Source: an uncultured Candidatus Saccharibacteria bacterium
GTDB lineage: Bacteria; Patescibacteriota; Minisyncoccia; Phycocordibacterales; UBA9973
Reading direction: 5' to 3'
NCBI GenBank assembly: GCA_964474435.1
Contig: CAYYSI010000002.1
Coordinates: 92,260-156,259, forward strand
Length of the DNA: 64,000 nucleotides
The notes under the pieces were generated by a model. That model did no database searches. It was not told the origin of the DNA and was given only the letters and a program-made list of their open reading frames with translations. Made by a program: the position numbers and the translations under genes. Each line of letters begins with the position of its first letter. Positions within the stretch are counted from its first letter, which is position 1. Positions 57,244 through 64,000 of the stretch are shown one piece after another.

Positions 57244-59949
57244 CTACTGATACCTCGCCATGATTTCAGCTTCCACTTCCTCTCTCGGGCGGCCGTATTT
57301 GAGGTAGGAGAGCTCCTTGAGTTTCTCGGCAACAACAGGGTTACCCTTGGGTGGGAATGGGGTCTTGGAGTTAAATGGCTTGGCAGGGACGCCGTTTACG
57401 AGCATTTTGATATAGCAGTTGAGGTTTTCTTGTTTGATGATGTCGGCCGGAGTGAATGTTGGGGCAAGTTGTTGTTCAAAGATATTGGCATTTTCAGGAG
57501 AGACACGGTGGACGACCATGGTACCGACGTTTCCAAATATCGCATTCTTGATGCCTTCCTCAAGCTGCTCGATGTACTGGTGCGCAACCGTAAGCGAGAG
57601 GCGATATTTGCGGGCCTCGGAAAGGATCGTCGAGATCGAGTCAGTCGTGACGTTTTGGAACTCGTCGATGTAGAGATAGAAGTCGTTCACTGGACCCTTG
57701 CCGATGATGTCGACACGAGAGAGTGCTGCCATGGTGATCTTGCCGACCAAAAGGAGACCGATGAGGTTGGAGTTGATGTCACCGAGACGGCCTTTGGAAA
57801 GGTTCACAAGCAAGATCTTTTTGTTATCCATGATGTCGCGGAAGTTGAGCACGGATTCTTGTTGAGCGACGACGGGGCGCATGATGTCGTTAGAAATAAA
57901 CACGTCAAATTTGTTGGTGATATAGGGGACGAAGTTCGCAAGTGCACTCTCACCAGTTGTCTTTTCAGCATTTTGCCAAAAGGCTTTGATGATCGGATTT
58001 TTGCAGCGGGCGAGTTTCATGTCGCGGAACGTCTTGTCGGTGAGGACACGACCGATTTCGAGAAGTGTAGAACCAGATGCTGGGTCCTCCATCACAAGGC
58101 CTGCAGAGTTGCGGAAGTATTGTTCAAACATTGGGCCACCCGCAGTCTTCATATCAAAGAGTTTGTTGAAAATAGAGAGGAGCTCGTTGATGACAAATAT
58201 TTTTTGTTCAGGGAAGTTTGCATCGTACTCAAGCATGTTGAGACCCATCGGACGCGCCGTGTGAGCCGGATCAAAATAGATGACGTCGTCGATGCGCTCT
58301 GGGGGGATGTTGGCAAGGATGTCCTCGATGTCGTTGCCGTGCGGATCGATGAAGCACACTCCGTCGCCGTTTTTGATATCCTGAATGATCATGTTTTTCA
58401 AAAACACGGTTTTACCAGTACCAGTCTGTCCGATCACATAGCAGTGGCGCACGCGATCTTCTTTTGCAAAATGAATCTCAGTCGTCTGTCCGCGATACGT
58501 GTTGGTACCGATCGTGATGCCGTTCGTGTTTGGCATTGTCGGTGCAGGCGCAGATGCAGCACTACTTTCCTTGAGCTCGGGCGCAGCCGTAAATCCAACA
58601 GGGAAGTGAAAGAGTGTTGCGAGCTCGTCGATGTTGAGCGGTATTTGTTCGCTCTGATTGCGTGTACGGAATGTAAAGTCGTGCACAAATGCAGGGATTG
58701 CAGATGCACGCGTGTCATACCAAATGAGTGAGTTTGAGTTGGGCAATGTGAACTGCGCAAACGATGCTTTGATCGTATTGAGAATACTTGTTGCGCGTTC
58801 GACCGTGGTACCTGTTGCGATAATGCGAATACCTGCAGTCATGGTCTGACTTTTTGCCTTTGCGGTTGCAAACTCGATGCCGCGCGTGTCGACTGGTTTT
58901 GGTTTGTCGTCCTCTGGTTTGTCTTTTTCAAAAAAGGCCATGAGTCCTTTGCCGAGCTCGCGACCGATAGAGGCCGTTGCATCTTTGTACAAGTCTTTGA
59001 CCGTTGTGCCACCCTTTTGTGCAGAGTCGATGATCGATGTGTAGAGCGTGTTGGTGTTCGTCGTGTCATTTGAAATGATGAGCTGGATTGCAGCGCCTTC
59101 ACCATTTGCTTCAAGTTGTGAGAGTGACCCGATCAAAGCTGAGAGAGGATCGTGCTCAAATGCGCTGTCAGTGTTCAATGGAAAAATTGCAGGCTCTTTG
59201 AGCGATGCAACACTTGCGGCAATACCAGAGCCTTGAGCCGTGAATATGTTGTAGTCATCGACGACTTCATCAATGATGGCGGTGGGGTAGTATGCGTGCA
59301 CGAGCTTTTCAAATGTAGATTCGTTGACACTTGGGATCGATGCATAGAGTCCAATGTCGCGACCGTTGTTTTGCACGGCGAGTTCGAGGACATAATAGTC
59401 GACACCGTTGCTGATGGTTGACCACATGCCCATGTAGAACTGCTTCATCGCCTGAATGAAATTTTTGAAATCACTGCCTTCAGTATTTGCAGCTGCAGGA
59501 AGGGTCACCGCAAAGAGGGTGTGGCGAAGTTCTTGTTGGAGGGCACTTCGTTCTTTGAGTCCCGGGATTGCGCCGATCGTATGGAGGTACTGCACGAGGA
59601 ATCGGTGGAAGTCGTCCTCGAGGTGTGCGTCGTGCATGCCCGCAACGATGTCGAGCGCATTTTTGATACCCTTGGAGAGCATGATCGCAAAGAGCTCCTC
59701 TATCTTTTGGTCATGGGTTTCAGGTTTGAGACGCAGCACGATACGTTCTGTTTCGTGTGTCGGCAGCATGCTTGATTCATGAAGGAACTCTTGAGCTTCA
59801 GTTTGCGCATACTGCTCGATCGTGTGCTTTGCGGCAGCTTCGAGATTTGCATGTGGCTTACTCTGCAGCAGATATTCTTTTTGCGCTTCAGTACCAAGCC
59901 ATGCGATTTCTTGGGCAGGTGTTGTCAGCGTTTCTTTGGGAGCGAACAT
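57244..59949 (-). CDS. VirD4/TraG-family type IV coupling-protein-like ATPase with ~480-aa N-terminal extension and no TM anchor
   Basis: Walker A VIGQTGTGKTVFL, a D-rich Walker B region YLYIDEFQN, and a TraG-D_C-like signature KYRLSLTVAHQYIEQL. Confidence 0.55.
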   Translation of the reverse strand: MFAPKETLTTPAQEIAWLGTEAQKEYLLQSKPHANLEAAAKHTIEQYAQTEAQEFLHESSMLPTHETERIVLRLKPETHDQKIEELFAIMLSKGIKNALDIVAGMHDAHLEDDFHRFLVQYLHTIGAIPGLKERSALQQELRHTLFAVTLPAAANTEGSDFKNFIQAMKQFYMGMWSTISNGVDYYVLELAVQNNGRDIGLYASIPSVNESTFEKLVHAYYPTAIIDEVVDDYNIFTAQGSGIAASVASLKEPAIFPLNTDSAFEHDPLSALIGSLSQLEANGEGAAIQLIISNDTTNTNTLYTSIIDSAQKGGTTVKDLYKDATASIGRELGKGLMAFFEKDKPEDDKPKPVDTRGIEFATAKAKSQTMTAGIRIIATGTTVERATSILNTIKASFAQFTLPNSNSLIWYDTRASAIPAFVHDFTFRTRNQSEQIPLNIDELATLFHFPVGFTAAPELKESSAASAPAPTMPNTNGITIGTNTYRGQTTEIHFAKEDRVRHCYVIGQTGTGKTVFLKNMIIQDIKNGDGVCFIDPHGNDIEDILANIPPERIDDVIYFDPAHTARPMGLNMLEYDANFPEQKIFVINELLSIFNKLFDMKTAGGPMFEQYFRNSAGLVMEDPASGSTLLEIGRVLTDKTFRDMKLARCKNPIIKAFWQNAEKTTGESALANFVPYITNKFDVFISNDIMRPVVAQQESVLNFRDIMDNKKILLVNLSKGRLGDINSNLIGLLLVGKITMAALSRVDIIGKGPVNDFYLYIDEFQNVTTDSISTILSEARKYRLSLTVAHQYIEQLEEGIKNAIFGNVGTMVVHRVSPENANIFEQQLAPTFTPADIIKQENLNCYIKMLVNGVPAKPFNSKTPFPPKGNPVVAEKLKELSYLKYGRPREEVEAEIMARYQ

Positions 59950-60043
59950 GACAGTAGTATACCTTGTTGCACAGTGTATTTCTATATAAAAACAAAAATA
60001 CCCCGAGTTAATCGGAGTATGTTTGCAAGTGGGAAGAGTGAAT

Positions 60044-60316
60044 TTATTTCACTGCATCCTTCAACGCCTTTGCGGCGCGGAATTTTGGAACGCGAGTTGC
60101 TGCAACCTTGACCTGTTCACCAGTCTTGGGGTTGCGAGCCATGCGAGCTGCGCGAGTTTTCACTGAGAAAATGCCCAAGCCAGCGATCGATACTTCGTCG
60201 CCCTTTTTGAGGGTATGGGTTATTTCTGAAATGAGTTTCTCGATTACTTCTTCGGCCTGTACCTTGGTACCGCCGATATGTCCGTGCACGAGCTCAACAA
60301 GTGCTGCTTTATTCAT
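60044..60316 (-). CDS. hup: DNA-binding protein HU
   Basis: HU/IHF fold signature GFGxF (GLGIFSV), RNPKTGEQV and the beta-arm. Confidence 0.85.
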   Translation of the reverse strand: MNKAALVELVHGHIGGTKVQAEEVIEKLISEITHTLKKGDEVSIAGLGIFSVKTRAARMARNPKTGEQVKVAATRVPKFRAAKALKDAVK

Positions 60317-60735
60317 AGTATTGATAGGGGAGACCCCTGGAATGACTACTCTAATAATTGTCAGTGCGCTTAAGCGAGGGTGCTTGAGCTTTGACCATTA
60401 TATACCAAGGGTTTTTGGGTGCAATAGACGGAAAATGTTGACTTTTGGTGTATAAGGTGCTATTATAAAAGCAGATTTCTGAACTCATTTGCACCAAATC
60501 CTCAATATAATATGAAAACGTTCATTGAAGAACATGCAGTTATGATCATGAGAGTATCAACAGTAGTTATTGTGACCCTCATTCCACTCGGAGTTTATCT
60601 TTATCTCAAAGGTAACAAGCTGAAAAAAGAATTTGAGTACAAAAAAGCCCCCTTATAACAGGGGGTATTTTTTATGTGTAGTCATTATATTGCAATACCT
60701 TGTTAGGTGCTTGTTTGTTTGGCATACTGGGGGAT

Positions 60736-61353
60736 ATGAAAGAATCAATACACGAAGACGGGATTAATGAGGAGTGGAGTACTGCATACGACGCACAGGA
60801 TCCCGAAAGCCCGACCTTTAGGGAGACAACTCGTGTATCAACTCAGCAAAATATTGAGGTGATTGAGGCGTATCTTTTGCAACACCCAGACCTTGATTCA
60901 AAAGAAAAAGCCTTTCTCGAAGCCTCTATTGCTCTGAAGCGCCAGAATCAGGAAAACAAAGCCAGAGACACAGTTGCCGCAGAGGGTATTCGAGAAGATA
61001 TCGCGAATGAGAATACAGTAGAAAAAGAAGTACTCGAAGTACCAAGCAATCCAGAAAAACTACGGAGGGATATTGCGGGACTACAGGAAGGTATGAAGCT
61101 ATTTGATATTGATCCGGAGACCCGGGTCCGCATAGATCATGCGAACTCAGATATGTGGAAGACAAAATACGCAACTACAGATAAAAGAACTGCAAAAGTC
61201 ACCATGCTGGGAATGTTCGGTCTTGGGAAAAATATACCGAGAATTGAGTTTTATCAAACACTTGGCTCAATTGCATCAGAAAATAAGATAGATCTTGGAG
61301 AAGGCAAATCTGTTGCCGAAGTCATTTCATTACTTGAACAAAAAGCAGCCTAG
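60736..61353 (+). CDS. hypothetical acidic protein
   Basis: ATG at 60736; the track start at 60700 is TTG. Confidence 0.35.
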   Translation: MKESIHEDGINEEWSTAYDAQDPESPTFRETTRVSTQQNIEVIEAYLLQHPDLDSKEKAFLEASIALKRQNQENKARDTVAAEGIREDIANENTVEKEVLEVPSNPEKLRRDIAGLQEGMKLFDIDPETRVRIDHANSDMWKTKYATTDKRTAKVTMLGMFGLGKNIPRIEFYQTLGSIASENKIDLGEGKSVAEVISLLEQKAA

Positions 61354-61385
61354 CAAAAAACCCTCCAATTAAGGAGGGTTTTGTT
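61354..61385 (+). terminator. rho-independent terminator
   Basis: aaaaaaCCCTCC-aattaa-GGAGGGttttg. Confidence 0.65.
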
Positions 61386-61396
61386 ATACTTATATC

Positions 61397-62491
61397 ATGT
61401 CCAAATCCATAGAAGCGCTAGAGCAAAAAGAATCAATACTAAGCCCCGAAGGTGTAGTCGTAGATACAAAACCTTTGGAAAAAGCAGTTGTGTTAGAAGA
61501 CAAAGAAGTAGTTCGGGAACATATACATAACCTTGAAGATGAAATAGAAGAAATCCAAAATGCAGATGCAAAAATTGAGTATGCAAAGCGGTATGATATT
61601 CCCCCAGGCGCAATTGGGGGCGATGTTTCTATGGCAGGAGCTTCGATTGAAGAGCGGAAACAGCAAATACAGGAACTGAAACAGCAACTTCACTCTACGA
61701 AAAAACATTGGTGGCAGAAAGCTCCTATTGTGGTGGGAATGTTATTAACAGGATTGTTTGCTGCAAAAGATGCGAGTGGGCAAAATCAAGATAGGGTAGG
61801 TACTACAACTGAAACAGTACATGGTATTTCTAAAGAAAAAACAAATCACTATGATCCAAAGTATTACACTCCCGAATCACCCGACTATAATCCTCTAAAA
61901 GTTTTCCAAGATTTAAGCTTAGAATTTCACCCAGAGAGAGTAGATTCATTACATACGGGAATAGGCGGAGGCGACATGCATCCGCTATTGGTTGAAATGG
62001 AAAAGATTTTGGAGAGTACTATACCTGAGACTAGTTTATTTCCTCAGGATTACAAAGACTTTGAGTCATTTCGGGATAGTTTTATAAAGACGAGAAAGGA
62101 ACAATTTTCTAATCCAAAATTTATGGAGCGTTCATATCTTCATGATGCCTATCATGAAGGAAAGGCCATTTTCTATCGAAAACTATTGGCCCAGTATGAG
62201 AATGATTTTGCTGCGTTTAAGCGAGATAGGCCAAAAGAAGCTGGATATCGCTTCAGTGATTTTGATGCCGGCTTAGCGTACAATCGAACCGAGAATATTG
62301 AGTATGAAAGCGAAGAGGGTTTCAAGGAAGCTATAAATGCCTGGAGAGAATCCGCCCAGAGCGTCATGGATGAGTTATGGGAGCTTGAATATCAAAAAGA
62401 TCATCTAGAAGAAGAAGCACGGGCTCGTTGGGAGACATACGAAAAAGAAAGAAAACTCTCTCCAGAAGAAGAAAAAATGATGAGGATTTAA
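61397..62491 (+). CDS. hypothetical coiled-coil protein with one TM helix
   Basis: TM WWQKAPIVVGMLLTGLFAA; charged coiled-coil segments at the N- and C-termini. Confidence 0.4.
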   Translation: MSKSIEALEQKESILSPEGVVVDTKPLEKAVVLEDKEVVREHIHNLEDEIEEIQNADAKIEYAKRYDIPPGAIGGDVSMAGASIEERKQQIQELKQQLHSTKKHWWQKAPIVVGMLLTGLFAAKDASGQNQDRVGTTTETVHGISKEKTNHYDPKYYTPESPDYNPLKVFQDLSLEFHPERVDSLHTGIGGGDMHPLLVEMEKILESTIPETSLFPQDYKDFESFRDSFIKTRKEQFSNPKFMERSYLHDAYHEGKAIFYRKLLAQYENDFAAFKRDRPKEAGYRFSDFDAGLAYNRTENIEYESEEGFKEAINAWRESAQSVMDELWELEYQKDHLEEEARARWETYEKERKLSPEEEKMMRI

Positions 62492-63958
62492 CTATCTCGC
62501 GTAATCCGTAATTCTCGTCTCGCGGATGATTGTCACTTTGATTTGTCCTGGGTAGCGGAGCTCGGTTTCGATCGAGAGTGCGATGGTGCGAGCCATATTT
62601 TTTGCTTCGAAGTCAGAGACGTTTTCTGGATGGACAAAGATACGGATCTCGCGTCCTGCTTGGAGTGCGTATGCCTTCTCGACGCCTTTGTATCGTGATG
62701 CGAGTCCCTCGAGGTCGTGCAAACGTTTGAGATATAGCTCTGCAGTATCGCGACGTGCTCCAGGGCGAGCACCACTGATCATGTCGGCAGTTTGAACGAT
62801 GACTGCTTCGATACTTTCGTGTGGACAGTCATCATGGTGGCTTTTCATAGCATCAATGATGCGTTGGTCGGTACCAAATCGCTGCATGACTTTGATGCCG
62901 ATCTCGACGTGCGTGCCTTCGAATTCATGATCCAAGGCCTTTCCAATGTCGTGCACAAGTGCGCCCGCTTTTGCGATGTACGTATCAGCCCCAATTTCAG
63001 ATGCGAGCATTTCGGCAATGTGTGCCATTTCGATCGAGTGCTGCAAGACATTTTGGCCATAGCTTGTGCGAAAATGAAGTCGACCAAGGATGGCAAGCAC
63101 CCTGGGGTCAAGGTTGTAGATGCCACACTCGTACGCAGCTTCGGCACCTTTTGCTTTGATGATCTCGTGAATTGCCGCACGAGATTTCTCGACTTCTTCT
63201 TCGATCTTTGCAGGTTGGATGCGACCGTCTTTGACGAGTGCCTCGAGTGCATGGACTGCAATCGCGCGACGCACTGGATCGAAGCATGACACGACGATTG
63301 CACCAGGTGTTTCATCGACGAGCACTTCTACCCCTGAGTACCGTTCGAATGCTCTGATGTTGCGACCTTCCTTTCCAATGATCTTTCCTTTTATTTCTTC
63401 GCTTTCGATTGGAATAGTCGATGTTGAGAGTTCGTTGGTTGTGGGCACTGCGAGTCGTTGGATCGTCGTCATCAGTATGTCTTTGGCACGGTCCTCGAGT
63501 GTTTCATGCATCTGTCGTTCGAGTTTGTGCATGCGCACGGTGAGGTCCTCTGCATACTGACGCTCACTTTCCTTTAGGAGTGCCTCACGCGCGTCTTCGA
63601 TACTAAAGCCTGCAATATCCTCAAGGAGTGCGTGTTGGTGCGCGCGCAATGCCTCTGATTCTTTTTGTTGTTCAAAAACGATCTCAGCTTTTTGTTCGAT
63701 GATGTTGGCACGACTGTCGAGCTCGAGCTGGCGTGCATCAAGGAGTGCTTCTTTTTTGACCAAGCGGCTTTCTACAGCTGAAGCTTTTTCATTTGCTTCA
63801 TCAATAATCTTTTGTGCGCTTTCCTTTGCATGCATCAACCGCTCCGAGATAGAAAACTCGAGGTTGTTTTTGCGAACAATAAATATGACTGCACGGATGC
63901 TATAGCCCAACAGTGCTCCACCCAGGAGCATCCCGCCGGCAAGCAATAGCTCATTCAT
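62492..63958 (-). CDS. rny: ribonuclease Y
   Basis: N-terminal TM, a coiled coil, a KH domain (IIGKEGRNIRAFE) and an HD domain (HSIEMAHIAEML...VHDIGK). Confidence 0.85.
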   Translation of the reverse strand: MNELLLAGGMLLGGALLGYSIRAVIFIVRKNNLEFSISERLMHAKESAQKIIDEANEKASAVESRLVKKEALLDARQLELDSRANIIEQKAEIVFEQQKESEALRAHQHALLEDIAGFSIEDAREALLKESERQYAEDLTVRMHKLERQMHETLEDRAKDILMTTIQRLAVPTTNELSTSTIPIESEEIKGKIIGKEGRNIRAFERYSGVEVLVDETPGAIVVSCFDPVRRAIAVHALEALVKDGRIQPAKIEEEVEKSRAAIHEIIKAKGAEAAYECGIYNLDPRVLAILGRLHFRTSYGQNVLQHSIEMAHIAEMLASEIGADTYIAKAGALVHDIGKALDHEFEGTHVEIGIKVMQRFGTDQRIIDAMKSHHDDCPHESIEAVIVQTADMISGARPGARRDTAELYLKRLHDLEGLASRYKGVEKAYALQAGREIRIFVHPENVSDFEAKNMARTIALSIETELRYPGQIKVTIIRETRITDYAR

Positions 63959-64000
63959 GTTACTTTGTCGTTACTGGTTTGGTAATAACTGCGTCAATGA

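Overview
This 64 kb window looks like chromosomal DNA from a small-genome bacterium; the gene content is compatible with a Patescibacteria/CPR-like organism, but that is inference. The ORF track writes GTG and TTG starts as M, so several starts were re-derived by reading the sequence. The window spans the replication origin, recognisable from the conserved layout: rpmH-rnpA-yidD-yidC sits divergent from dnaA-dnaN, and DnaA-box-like motifs and short repeats lie in both flanking intergenic regions. Housekeeping genes called include ruvB/ruvC, tyrS, a PBP1A, rsmA, uvrD/pcrA, comM, rpsO, xerD, xth, cca, hup and rny, plus a cluster of four tRNAs.

Two accessory loci stand out. The first is a roughly 15 kb co-directional minus-strand gene array (13.3-28.4 kb). 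It encodes a VirB4-like ATPase preceded by a separate 211-aa ORF, a VirB3-like two-TM protein, a 1164-aa VirB6/TrbL-like polytopic protein with a long charged coiled-coil tail, a two-TM pilin-like hairpin fused to a C-terminal L,D-transpeptidase, and several secreted or membrane-anchored unknowns. A cytoplasmic VirD4/TraG-like coupling ATPase lies about 30 kb away (57.2-59.9 kb). Together these look like an unusual Gram-positive-type type IV secretion apparatus.

The second locus (48.5-54.6 kb) follows the tRNA cluster. It holds two tandem paralogous genes for signal-peptide-bearing proteins that have tail-fibre-like repeats and a C-terminal phage-type Peptidase_S74 intramolecular-chaperone domain (conserved S-D-x-x-L-K-x-N-I motif), and the two genes begin with near-identical SD-less 5' cassettes. 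They are translationally coupled to a multi-pass membrane protein carrying about ten tandem CxxNPxDPSC cysteine repeats, thrombospondin-type Ca-binding-like repeats and CarboxypepD_reg-like domains. A soluble histidine kinase plus stand-alone receiver pair follows.

Other points worth a second look are a SET-domain protein co-operonic with an rRNA methyltransferase, an alkyltransferase-like (ATL) protein with PFHR in place of PCHR, and an AT-rich island of hypotheticals at 41.6-45.2 kb. No CRISPR array, rRNA gene or convincing prophage was found.
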